Origin: Squalus acanthias
Taxonomy: Eukaryota
Length of the DNA stretch: 64,000 bases
Direction of reading: 5' to 3'
Assembly: GCA_030390025.1 (NCBI GenBank)
Contig: CM059432.1
Location: forward strand, 6,386,001-6,450,000
In this document: piece by piece, positions 12,996-24,935 of the stretch
How the letters are laid out: every line of letters starts with the position of its first letter
Position numbering within the stretch: position 1 is the first letter of the stretch
The notes under the pieces: model-generated
Databases searched by the model: none
Told to the model about the DNA's origin: nothing
What the model saw: only the letters and a program-made list of their open reading frames with translations
Made by a program: the position numbers and the translations under genes

Positions 12996-14753
12996 TTCTC
13001 ATCCTCATGTTCAAATCCCTTCATGACCTCGCCCCTCCCCATCTATGCAACCTCCTCCAGCCCTACAACCCCCCCTTAAGGAATTAATCTTTCCTCCAAC
13101 TCTGACCTCTTGTGAATTCCCACTCACTTCGCCCCACCATTGGTAACTTTTTTTTATTCGTTCAAGGGATGCAGGCTTCGCTGGCAAAGCTAGCATTTAT
13201 TGTCCATCCCTATTTCCCCTTGAGTGGCTTGCTAGGCCATTTCAGAGGGCAGTTAAGAGTCAACCAGATTGCTGTGGTTCTGGAGTCACATACAGGCCAG
13301 GTAAGGATGGCAGATTTCCTTCCCAAAAGGACATTAGTGAACCAGATGGGTTTTTATGACAATCTGGTAGTTTCATGGTCACTATTACTGATACTAGCTT
13401 TTTATTCCAGATTTTTATTTAATTAACTGAATTTAAATTCCCCAGCTGCCGTGGTGGGATTTGAACTCTTGTCACCGGATTATTAGTCCAGACCTCTGGA
13501 TTACTAGTCCAGTAACATTACCACTATGTTACCGTTCCCTCTTCGGCAGTTTAGACTTTAAGCTCTGGAATTCTCTCCCTAAACCTCCGTCTCCCCACCT
13601 CTCTTTCCTCCTTTAAGACCTTCCTTAAAACCTACCTCTCTGACCAAGCTTTAAGTCACCCATCCTAATATCTCCTTGTTTGGCTCATTGTCAATTTTTG
13701 TTTGATACTTAATGGCAGATCACTACTAGGAAATTAAGAAGTGCTCCCTTGGACGTCCCTTTGCCTTTAAGTACAACTGAATATTTCAATATGATTAATA
13801 AAGTCTCTGAGAATTCTTGCTCAAAGATCAACTGTTATGTTACCTAGCATACACAGTAACGGAGTGAGTTACAAACTTTAATACAGACTTGTGGTTCAGA
13901 TGACATTCATGAACAATGAAGAACTTCGCTCACAATGAACATGACTGAAATACCTCAACAAAGTTAGCAGCAACTCCAAACACTGGAAGGTTACAGTCAT
14001 TGGTAGTTTCTTTTTTAAAAAAAAATGTTGGAAGAATATATTGGCCCGTATTTTCCAGTCGCAGGCCTCCCGCGGGCAGAGGCCTGCGATCTGGAAAAAT
14101 CTACGCCCCTACCTGAGGGCTCCCGGGACGCGCACGCTTCTGCTCCTGGGCCTCTCCAAACTCCAAGTGCGCAGGGCCCACGTATCCCAGGGGCGCATGT
14201 AGTTCGCAGCGTCTCTGGGATCACGTGGGCCATGGGGAGCCAATCACAGAAGGGAATCTCCCTTCATACATTTGACAGGATGACCTAGTAAAACTTTAAA
14301 TAAATTTTTTTTTAAAAATCACATTTTTAAAATGACTTGAAATTGCAATAAATTAAGTATTTTAAACAAAATTTAATTTTTTGAAAATAATTTACGGGGC
14401 TAAAAATAAACTTACCTTTTTTTAAAGTATTTTTAAACGATAAATCAGTGAAATTTTTTTTTTTACTTTTTTGAACTCTCATCCTGGTAAAAGCAGGCCT
14501 TACGCTTTTGCAAGGATAAGAATTGTAAGGGTTTTCTGCGGGCGGAGGGTCTCCAAAAAGCGGAACTATCCGCCCGCAGAGGCCCTTCTCCAGTGCAGCC
14601 AGAGCATCTGTCAAGACCATTCTTGACCGATCGGAAATGCTGGTTTTCAGTGCATGAGCTGTGCATGCCTGAAACCGGCATTTCCGATGTCCCTACGGGT
14701 ACCCACCCGTAGGGATCGGAATATCTGGGCCAATGTATGCAGTCTTAGGAACT
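12996..14753 (-). repeat. Inverted duplicate (B) of 3485-4666, with a 116-bp deletion and a later MITE insertion
   Basis: Direct reverse-complement match; carries copies of the nested SINE and L2 pieces. Confidence 0.95.
14043..14731. mobile_element. PIF/Harbinger-like MITE (family B) inserted in duplicate B
   Basis: TIR ggcccgtattttcc / ggaatatctgggcc; flanks ATT/AAT; the empty site in copy A carries a single AAT. Confidence 0.88.
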
Positions 14754-15386
14754 AGTTTCACACTCGCTTTTTATTCCAGATTTATTTAATTAACTGAATT
14801 TAAATTCCCCAGGGATTTGAACTCGCGCCTCTCGGATCATGAGTCCGGGCCTCTGGATTGCTAGTCCAGTAACATAACCACTATACTACTGTACCCCTGA
14901 AGAATCATCTCTTCAAAACCTGTTCAGAGAAAACGTAACCAGTGTCTGATTCAGAACAGGAGTCCTATGACTGATCCTCCTGACAGAATCCAAGATTGGA
15001 AGCTTGTGAGGCGGGTGGGGAGGGAAAGTATTTGTTTCTGTCACTTTACGAACAAGAATGATGGCTTATCAATCAGTGGATATGTTTGTCCGCCAAGTGG
15101 CGTAGATTAACTCTTCACTAAGACAAACAGATGATTCTGTATGGGATAACTCGCTTGCATCTCTGCATTAAGTGCCGTTTGCTGAATTTTGCGAACGACT
15201 GCAATTTGCTATCCATGCCTTGAAAGTGGAGATTTGGCCTGTAGCCTCTGGTATATTTCTCTGCAAGTACACCTGGTTCAGAATCTTGGGTGATGGTTGA
15301 ACGAGAGGTGGAGTTTTAAGAATTATTTACGCCTTTTGAACTCCCAAGCTGCTCTCTTAGCAAGATTTTTTTGAGTGCATTACAAT

Positions 15387-16295
15387 GACCCAGATTTTTC
15401 TGTCAAAATAACGGCGAGGCTAATGGTGCTCACTGTTATTGATGCGCAAATGGTGCAGCAACTTCAGGCAAGGGGCAGATGTGTGGTTAAACTCAAATAT
15501 CCAAAAGTTACTGTCCGAGTTGCGCTGCTCCGCCATTACCTTCGCGAAAACGGCATCTCGCTGTCTGGCTCACCATTGAAATGCACGGAACGGCATGAAG
15601 TTGCTGTGTTTGCGCGGTAGAAACAAACTAAACTCACCACAGAAAGTTGAGTCTTGTCCATTCCAGTCTAAGTACTCTTTTAATGATGTGATAAATGTTA
15701 ATTACTACCAATCAACCTCTGACACGGAAAATTAACTTTACAATTGTGTAGTCTCATTCCTTCAGGTTTTAATTGTTGGAGATTTTAAAAATGCAAAATT
15801 TAATTTTTTTTTTTACTTTTCCTTTCTGTCAATTTTTTCTCTCTCAGTCCAATCTTTTTTTCCCTCTCTCTTTCTGTACCTGATTTTGACATGAAATTTC
15901 ACCCACTCTAACTTATACTTCCTTCTCCGTTCTTGTGCTGTTAATTTCACAATCCTTCATAGGATTACGTAGGATATACGGCAGAGAAACAGGCCATTCG
16001 GCCCAACCAGTCTATGCCGGCGTTTATGCTCCACACGAGCCTCCTCCCATCTTTCCTCATCTAAATCTATCAGCATAACCCTCTATTCCCTTCTCCCTCA
16101 TATGCTTCAATCTGATAGGCTAAGGAGATACACAGTTGCTTGCCCTGTTCACTCAGGTCCCAGATGCGCGATTTCCCCTTTGCTGCGCACTTACATTTTT
16201 TGCTTGGCAAGTTGCTGTAACAGCCTCACCGTGCAGGGGCAAGTCTGACTAACAGCAGAGGATGATCGATGCCCTGCCACGGCAACATTTGGCCC
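15387..16295 (-). mobile_element. PIF/Harbinger-like MITE (family A) with a nested CR1 tail (~15959-16107)
   Basis: Ends gacccagattttt / aacatttggccc; flanks AAT/ATT; homologous to 158-634 and 24936-25694. Confidence 0.75.
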
Positions 16296-16949
16296 ATTAA
16301 GTTTCATAGAGAGCAGCAAATCTTAGGTTTTTGAGATCAAAATATATGTTTTAATGGACTTGAACGGAAGTGCTACTGTACCATGTAATTTTACTTTCGT
16401 GGTATAGTTTATTTGTGTTGAGGGGGAACAGTGTAGCCTGAATATATGATGTATTGACAGCTTCACAGCAAAGATTTAAGTTTAAAAATATTTTAAAGGG
16501 CAATTTTCCATTTGACTTTTTTTTTTAGAAGTGTTATTCAGGGGTGCACTGAATGGTGGAGGCATTCTTGTATTGCTGAAAGGATAATTAAGTGACAAAA
16601 GATGCCATATGCTTTCACCTCCAGAATCACAATATCATGCTTAGTTCCGCCTCTCCCCCCTCCCCCCCAGTAAATGAGAAGAACAAACCATGAAATGTAT
16701 TAACTGAGAACAGTGGATGGGAATGATTTCAAGAAAAATATTATCAAGGAGTTCTCATTGATGTGTCAAACCACAAAAGGAAGCATTTCAGTACAGGAAT
16801 AGAAAAGTAAAAAATAGCTTCCTATTTCTGTATCTCTTCTGACATCAAGCTGTGTAGTTACTGAAAGTAAAGTGGAAGGGATTGGCCAAAAACTTTATTA
16901 TACCAAGGCTTGGATTTAAAAAAAATGACAGTGCTGTATCTTAGTTATA

Positions 16950-17372
16950 TAGCTGTCGGCTCTCATTTCTGAATTAGAAGGTCGTGGGTTCATGCCCCAC
17001 TCCAGGACCTGAGCACGAAATGTTGGTTGACACTGCAGTGCAGTATTGCAGGTGCCGTCTTTTGGATGAGTTGTTAAACCAAGATCTCATCTGCCCTCTC
17101 AGGTGGATGTAAAAGATCCCATAGCACTGTTTGCAGCAGAACAGGGGAGTTCTCCTCTCGGTGACCTGGCCAATATTTGTCCCTCAACCAACACCACTGA
17201 AACAGTTTAATTGGTCATTTATAGCATTGCTGTTTGTGGGATCTTGCTATGCGCAAATTAGCTGCCGCGTTTCCCTCCATTACAACCGCACTTGAAAAGC
17301 CGTTAATGGGCTGTGAAGTGGTTGGAGACGTCCTGAGTTCAAGAAAGGCGCTATATAAATTCAAGATCCTTT
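16950..17372 (+). mobile_element. Deu-domain SINE
   Basis: tRNA-like head remnant, Deu core and tail ggcgctatataaat. Confidence 0.85.
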
Positions 17373-17384
17373 TTTTAAAAATTC

Positions 17385-18115
17385 CCTAATGGATGTTGTG
17401 AGATTGTCATAGCCAGTAACTGGTGCATCAGTTTTTTTTAACCGTGGTCTCTGTGGAATTTCTTGGCCTGGTTTTAACTGAACAGCTGGGCTGTGGTGGT
17501 ATGGCATGCCTTGTGGCACTGGCCCATGCAGTGCATCGCCTGTACCCAAACAAACTAAGTGCCTCCATAGGTGGGTTCACGAGTCCATACCAACATCTGT
17601 CTTAAATGCACTGCAAAATGTAGTAGTCCATTCAGATTCATCAATGTTGATGTTCATTGCATACAATACTTTTTTGCTTGTAGGTGATACTGCAGCTTGT
17701 AAAGTTTTTCTCTTGGGATCTCGAGATACACATGAAGCAGCCTGCACTGTGGTTCCAGCCTTATTTAGAATATGATGGTCAAACACAACAGGCTTAAGAA
17801 ATCCAGTCACATCTAGTTGGTCACACCAAACTCACATTGGTGCCAAGGATTTGAGAAGTTTAGTTGATGCTGAGACGATTCCAGCACCAGTTGGCCCTCC
17901 GTGCGACCCCTCAGTGCTGATGGCTCATTGGCACTGATCGGTAAAACAACATGGGCACTGAATTGTATGTAAATCAAGGGCTGATTACACCTGATCTCTC
18001 AGAGGAGGTAGCTATCAGTCCAGCAACATGGGATTCTATTGAGAGAGTTTTTGGTATAGCTGGAACTGCGACGCTGAAGCAACCGTGTAATGATCAGGAT
18101 CGGCTATACTAAAGT
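17385..18115 (+). mobile_element. Possible fossil hAT transposase (C-terminal dimerisation region)
   Basis: Frameshifted reading ~Y-PDLS...LSVPATWDSIERVFGIAG (about 17985-18063) resembles hATC YPxLxxxAxxYLSxPATSxxxERxFSxAG; a weak upstream ATxLDPRF-like remnant (AACTVVPALF). Confidence 0.4.
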
Positions 18116-20742
18116 TTATACTCCTTTGAGGATTGTTAAATAAAATGTACATATGCCCCTGGAGGACATTGGAAGGCCTTCCAAAGCATAATTGTAAAAA
18201 TATCTCAAAATGAGCCCAATTTGTGCTTCCTCATACTTTGAGGGATGGGTAATCCACCTCCACTTGCATGGTTTCTGTCTGCATTGTTTCCTTTTCCCTC
18301 TGAAACATCAACATACTCCTGGGCAGGAAGATTTGTGAAACACAAGTGAATCTGACATTGTTCACCAGCCATGCTGGGAACCACAGAGAACTGATTTGAC
18401 TCCTTGAGCAAGATGGTCACAGCAGAGCAACCTGAATCACGACAGTGAGAAGAGACTCAAAGGGTGGGTTTAGAATGTTCTCATCTACCTGTGGGCAATT
18501 GACAACAGGACGTCTGAGGGTGAGGAGGGAAGATGGTGACAATGATACGATTGATAGCCTCCACATATCACAAACCCACCTATTCATCCCTGCTAACCTT
18601 GCAGGTGTATCGTTTGTAGTAGGTTAATGTTAAGTGGTCGTTTTTCCACTTAACTTCAAGTCTAGACCAACTGGCACAATGGTACAGATTCTAGGGCTTT
18701 ATATTACTCAAGAGCAGTCGAACACATGCGTCACCACCTGCCTGCAATGTCGGGATATTTTCACACGCGTGCTCAGCGCATGATTTCTGCAGAATCTATC
18801 CGATAGTGTGTGGAGAATGTTGAACATTCAAATAATGAAGACGCCCTTACAAGTCTAGATGATCTCTTACTTAACTGAGCCAAAAGCAATGATCCTTTCA
18901 AAAGGGCAGACAGCACTTCTGTAAGATTTTCACAAGAGGCAATATAACAAGGATGGTTGAAAGTACATATTTTTGGTGACATAAATGGGAAGTGAAGCTG
19001 GTACATATTCATCTATAACTTCTACTGTTGTTGCTCAATTAAGCAGTTATTAAGTAGAAAAATTTGATTTGCATTCCCTTGCAGTACACATTTCAGCATG
19101 TTGTCATCCACTAGCCAGGACTTCAATTAAAGAGATTCCTCATCTTGGTTCCAAATTAAACCAATCACTCAATTTTGATGCTTTATAAACTCATATGTTC
19201 ATCATTAAGGTCTACAGCCACATGTGCGCTACAATTCTCTTGGAGGATGGCCCGTCTCATCTTTATTACCTCTGCAAGGGAATCAGTCAACTGTTAACTC
19301 TTAGTTACAGATTCTTCTTGCGGAAAGTTTTCAGTGATAGAGTTACCATGAGTTCAGTTCCTAAGGTCTTTCCATAGGGAGTTTCTGATTTCCTTATTAG
19401 TGCAATGGGAAGAAACTTCTTGCTATAGATATAAAAATCGTTCTGCACAACAGAACTTTTTGGCATTGTATACTTATTGGTGACTGTGGAGGAGAAAAAA
19501 AGCACTTGGCGGGTATGATATTTCACTCCTGGATTTTGCAGATGATGGCGTTTACTACGCGCTGGGAATGCATAATGGAGTTCGTTTTTCCAGCTATGAT
19601 ACGGTTGAACAATTTTAAATAGGTTTCTTCCCAGTAGGCTGTTATGCAGGTGCTGACTGTGTCAATTGTTGACACAACTCAAGTCTTTCTGCTTAATAGA
19701 GAGTGCAGTGTAGAACACCAGTATGCTGGCCTTTACAAATTAGATCCAGAAATAAAAATAACAGGAGGTTAAATGTTAGCTTACATTTTTTTTTGCAGTG
19801 GTGGGTGGGGGTGGGGGGGCAGTGGGGGTGGGAGAAGAACTAATGGGAGCAAAATTCATTTCAAAACCTCACGAGAAGACACTTAAAGTATTGAATATGC
19901 TTATTTGGTATCTAGATTATTTAACTATTAGTGCTTAAGCAGCTTGAGCCACAAAACAAATTTAATACAAGGGTTCAATCTGTTCGAGCAGAAACTTTTT
20001 AAGCAAGCTCAATTTGTGAAAATAGTTTATTTTCTAGTCCAGCATCGTGACGCTCTTCAAATACTGAATCTTCCTGAAACAAATTACTGCAAACAAATTT
20101 AACTGCACCCTCAGTGAGAAAAATAAAAATAATTCAATATAGGTGGCAATAAAAAGTTGGACGTGAAATGGAAACTAAAGCAAAGGTAATTTGCTAAAAT
20201 TAGAACAAAATGGTAGTTTGCAAATTAAATATTTTTGAACCTGCACATTTTCCCTTGCCTTAATTTTTATCAATCCACTTCTGTTGTTTCCTGTCTCTCT
20301 CTCTTCGTGGTTTCAGTTAAGTATTTTACATTGCGTTTAAATGGAGCCCATTTATATATTTTTAAAAAACTATAACTTAATAAAATATTTTAAAACCTCA
20401 ATATTTCCAGTTTTATCGGTGATTGCTAGTGTGATTTCTACCTCCAATTTTACAATTTCTTTTCATTGTTTTGTGCAAGCTGAGATGGTGGGGAGGGCGA
20501 ACTCTAGAAAACCGGTTGTGCGTAAGGACGGTGATGTTGTTCTGGGATGTTCTGGCCCACTTTTTTCAGTGCTACCATTGACGATCGTTGAAAATAGTTA
20601 ATTGTGATGGTCGTGCAGTAGTTCTGGTGCCGCTGGACGGAATCAACAGGAAGTCTCCACAATAGATTTCTTTGTGTTACAAAGACTTGCTGTGCAGAGT
20701 TGAGTGATATTAATTGTGTCTTGCTCTTTTATCCTGCTGTAG

Positions 20743-20910
20743 GTTATGTACAGAGCCTGATTAGGCGTGTTGTGAACAATGTAAACATTGTAGTAAACAA
20801 CCTCATCTTGAAGTATGTGGAGGACGACATTGTGCTGTCAGTCAACATTACATCAGCAGAATGTTACACAGTGGATGAGTTTTGGGATCGAGCCTTCATG
20901 GACATCTTAG
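20743..20910 (+). CDS. VPS13B: VPS13B coding exon (exon 5 equivalent), YVQSLIRRVVNNVNIVVNNLILKYVEDDIVLSVNITSAECYTVDEFWDRAFMDIL
   Basis: ctgtAG acceptor and GTgagt donor; 168 bp; near-identical to the recalled VPS13B N-terminal region; phase 1-1. Confidence 0.97.
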
Positions 20911-21067
20911 GTGAGTGAAATAGATCCTTTTCCTCATTTCCGCTTCCGCAAGTGTGAGAATGCAAAATGCATAAGAAAATTATTTAATAAAGCAGTGTAT
21001 TTGAGAATGAAATGGAAGTTTTTAAATTTGTGAATAATAGTTAAGAATTTGTTTTATAGCATCTTAG

Positions 21068-22786
21068 AACAACAACCTGCATTTATATAGTGCCTTTAAC
21101 GCAGTACAAATGTCCCCAGGTGCTTTGCAGGAGCATTATCAGACACAATTTGACACCGAGCCACGTAAGGAGATATTAGGACAGGTGACCAAAGGCTTGC
21201 TCAAAGAGGTAGGTTGTAAGGAGGAGAGAGAGGTAGAGAGCAATGTTCCCTTTAAGCTGCGCGGTTGCGTAGCGCTCTGCAGCTCTCGTGCAGCCAGCTC
21301 ACCAGCTTTTTAAATAGGAAAAACCACCCATGTATTTTGAATGGGCCGCGCACTCAAAAAAAAAAAAAAAAAAAAAAAAATTAAAATGAACATTGGCAGA
21401 GAGTTCCAGGGCTAAGAGCCGAGGCAGCTGAAGGTACGGCCGCCGATTGTGGAGCGATTAAAATTGGGGATGCGCAAGAGGCCAGAATTAAATGAGCTCG
21501 GAGATCTTGGAGGGTTGTATGGCTGGGGGAGGTTACAGAGATAGGGAGGGGCGAGGCCATGGAGGGATGAGAATTTCAAAATCGAGGCGTTGTCGGACTG
21601 GGAACCAATGTAGATCAGCGAGCACAGGGGTGATGGGTGAATGGGACTTGGTGCGAGTTAAGATACAGGCAGCAGAGTTTTGAATGAGATCAAGTTTATG
21701 TAGGGTCGAAGATGGAAGGCCGGCTAGGAGAGCATTGGATTAGACTAGTCTAGAGGTGACAAAGGCATGGATGAGGGTTTCAGCAGCAGATGAGCTGAGG
21801 CAGGGTAGAGTCGGGCGATGTTACGGAGGTGGAAATAGGCAGTCTTGGTGATGGCGCGGATATGTGACCGGAAGCTCATCTCGGGGTCAGATACGACACC
21901 AAGATTATGAATGGTTTGGTTCAGCCTCAGACATTTGCCAGGGAGAGAGAGATGAAATCGGTGCCAGGGAATGGAATTTGTGGTGGGACTGAAGACTATG
22001 GCTTTGGTCTTGCCAATATTCAGTTGGAGGAAATTTCTGCTCATCCAGTACTGAATGTCGGACAAGCTGTGTGACAAATCCGAGACAGTGGAGGGGTCGA
22101 GAGAGATGGTAGTGTGGTAGAGCTGGGTGTCGTCAGTGTACATGTGTTTTCGGATGATGTCGACGAGGGGCAGCATGTAGATGAGAAATAGGACGGTGGA
22201 TAGATCCTTGGGGGACTCGAGTACCCCAGTGCGGGAGTGGGAAGAGAAGCCATTGCAGGTGATTCTTTGGCTACGACTGGATAGATAAGAATGGAACCAG
22301 GCGACAGAAGTCCCACCAGCTGGACGATGGAAGAGAGGCCAACCATCTCATAAGGCTGAAGACAGGCCGAGAAGGATGAAGGGGGATAGTTTACCTTTGT
22401 TACAGTCACATAGGATGTCATTTGTGACTTTAAGAGCTGTTTCAGTACTGTGGTGTGGCGGAAACCTGATTGGAGGGATTCAAACATGGAGTTACGGGAA
22501 AGATGGGCATGGATTTGGGAGGCGACAATAGATTCAAGGACTTTGGAGAGGAAGGGGAGGTTGGAGATTTGTCAGTAGTTTGCAAGGACAGAGGGTTCAA
22601 GGGTGGTTTTTTTTTGAGGAGAGGGATGATGATGGCAGATTTGAAGGGGAGGGGAACAGTACCTGAGGGGAGGGAACCATTAATAATATCAGCTAACAGA
22701 GGGGCCAGGAAGGGAAGTTGGTTGGTCAGCAGTTTGGTGGGAATATGGTTGAGGGAGCATGAGGTGGGTCTCCTGGACAGGATGAG
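21068..22786 (-). mobile_element. L2 LINE, long degraded fragment including the RT region
   Basis: FESLQSGFR, HMYTDDTQLY and WMSRNFLQLNIGKTK motifs; L2 tail near 21070. Confidence 0.9.
21241..21395. mobile_element. hAT-type MITE (same family as 2337-2491) nested in L2
   Basis: caatgttc...gaacattg TIR; 8-bp TSD gtagagag / gcagagag. Confidence 0.85.
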
Positions 22787-22975
22787 CCCACACCACTGAA
22801 ACAGTTTAATTTGTCATTTATCGCATTGCTGTTGTGGGATCTTGCTGTGCGCAAATTGGTTTCCACATTCCCCTCCATTACAACTGTGATTGTAATTCAA
22901 AGGTGAACAATGGACTGTGAAGCGCTTTGGGATGTCCTGAAGTCGTGAAAGGCGCGATATAAATGAAGTCTTTTC
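22787..22975 (+). mobile_element. Deu-domain SINE 3' part
   Basis: Matches the 3' half of the 16950-17372 copy. Confidence 0.75.
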
Positions 22976-23681
22976 CCTTTATTAAAAACTTAACCAAGGT
23001 CCATTGTACTGTCGGAACAGCTCAAGTTTATAATTGAAGTGTTTAAAAAGTTTGCTTTGCACCAGTTGCAATTATACCAAGGGTTTGATATCAAGGTGGT
23101 ATGGCACTACATCTTCAAGGTGGTCTGATATCCAACACTGAAACTTAAACTGATGCCAGTTTGGCAGCTGTTACTGGAAATGTTGTATTGCTATGAAGCA
23201 AGATGTTCAGTATAATTGGCCAATAAATGCTGGTATGAGTGCAGTGCTTTTCATGGTGTTCTTAATTGGGAATCATGCCCACTGGTATGCAGACTAGAGG
23301 AATTGTGTTGGTGAATAAATGTACATTTTTAAATGGGGTGCAGATCTTTTATGGTATGCACAGCTGTATGTGGCTTTCATCTCTTCTATGCTTTACAGTG
23401 GAATAAACAGCACTTCAAGCTGCTTTAACTAGTGTGCATGCCGGTTCGATGAGAGTTTTCCTTCAAAACCAGGAGCAATTTCATATTCTGCATATTTGTA
23501 GCATGGCCATTGTATTGAAAGCAATAGAGTCAATTGTATAGTTAACCTAGTCTCAATCATGAAACGAGAAAATGCATGAAGGTAGTGTACTTGAGGCAGT
23601 CCAGTTCTTCACATTGATTTTGCAGTTTTACAGATTACTGCCAGTAAGTGAATATAGTCCATGTTTCATAACAGTTGTTAC

Positions 23682-24150
23682 GTGTCAGCCGCGGCTCAGT
23701 GGGTAGCACCCTCGCCTCTGAGTCAGAAGGTTGTGGGTTCAAGTCCCACTCCTGAGACTTGAGCACATAATCTAGGCTGACACTCCAGAGTAGCACTGAG
23801 GGAGTGCTGTACTGTCGGAGGTGTCGTCTTTCGGATGAGACGTTAAAACGAGGCCCCGTCTGCTCTCGGGTAGATGTAAAAGATCGTATGGCCACTATTT
23901 CGAATAAGAGTAGGGGAGTTATCCCCGGTGTCCTGGGGCCAATATTTAACCCTCAATCAACATCACAAAAACAGATTACCTGCTCATTATCACATTGCTG
24001 TTTGTGGGAGCTTGCTGTGTGCAATTGGCTGCTGCGTTTCCTACATTGTAACAGTGACTGCACTTCAGAAAATACTTCGTTGGCTGTAAAGCGCTTTGGG
24101 ACATCCTGAGGTTGTGAAGGGCGCTATAGAAATGCAAGTCTGTCTTTGTT
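23682..24150 (+). mobile_element. Full-length Deu-domain SINE
   Basis: Pol III A box (ggctcagtggg) and B box (ggttcaagtcc), Deu core, L2-derived tail. Confidence 0.92.
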
Positions 24151-24157
24151 TTCTTTT

Positions 24158-24345
24158 TAGGGATGGGCAATAAATGCTGGCCTTGCCAGCGACACCCACA
24201 TCCCGTGAATGAATGAATTAGAAATAATTTAGTAGAGTCCGGTGATGTCTGATGAAGGGCTATGCCTGAAACATCAACATTGTTCCTTTCTTTACAGTTG
24301 CTGCCTGACACGCTGAGCGTTTCTAGAGTGATATGTTTTTGTTCC
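24158..24345 (+). mobile_element. Family-2 SINE/LINE tail followed by a Penelope-like fragment
   Basis: gggatgggcaataaatgctgg...gaatgaat, then ctgatgaaggg...cctgaaac...gctgcctgac. Confidence 0.6.
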
Positions 24346-24935
24346 TGTGATGTCTTTTGTGTTTGAAATCAGCAGGGTACATTATTTGGAGAACCTACGT
24401 GTGATATTAATGCATACGGGGAATAAAATTAAGGTCTACAACACTGCTTGAAACTGTTACAGTTCAAACGCTGAAACAACACTAGCTCTTATTTACTTTC
24501 AAATAAAGCTGGCATTATTCATATCTGAGAAGAAGGTTAATTTCACTGAAATGACTCTGCATGTTTTGCGTTGTGAATTGAATTTTTTAAAAAGGACAAA
24601 TCAGTTAAAATGCTTGCTGGAAAATTATTTTATCTGCCATTTTTTCCTCGATAACTGAAATTTTGAATGGGCAACATAAGGCCTTCAACAAAATTAATTC
24701 AAAAAATTTAATTTGTTTGCTCTAGCGCAACCAAGTTTACTAATTAAATTGTCTTTAGTGTCTTTAAATGCTTTCATTAAAGTTTTTACTTGGAAGGTTT
24801 CAGCTTCTTGTAAAAGCCTGCGTTGGGACTTGATAGTTGTGAGTGACTGTGTTTAGGTGAATGTAGACCCAGACATGTGCACTCTCCCCAATTTCCTAGG
24901 ATGCCGTGTCACCAACTGAAGTGCTGGAATATATT

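Larger units (their letters stand above)
12786..14897 (-). mobile_element. Family-2 SINE split in two (12786-12995 and 14754-14897) by the inverted duplication
   Basis: The SINE stops at gaaccagataggtt and resumes at tagtttca...ttattccagatt...aaccactatactactgtaccc. Confidence 0.85.

Noticed and set aside
18205..18420. Minus-strand IPQSMRKHKLG resembling a Gypsy integrase-adjacent motif
   Set aside because: The match is too short; no HHCC, DDE or LTR support.
19799..19833. G-rich run (possible G-quadruplex); also C/G runs at ~29531, ~34208, ~59925 and an A run at 21356-21380
   Set aside because: Common low-complexity sequence with unreliable homopolymer lengths and no evidence of function.
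23682..23760. tRNA-like sequences (also ~30770, ~44165, ~4121, ~36233)
   Set aside because: They are SINE heads continuous with SINE bodies, not tRNA genes.
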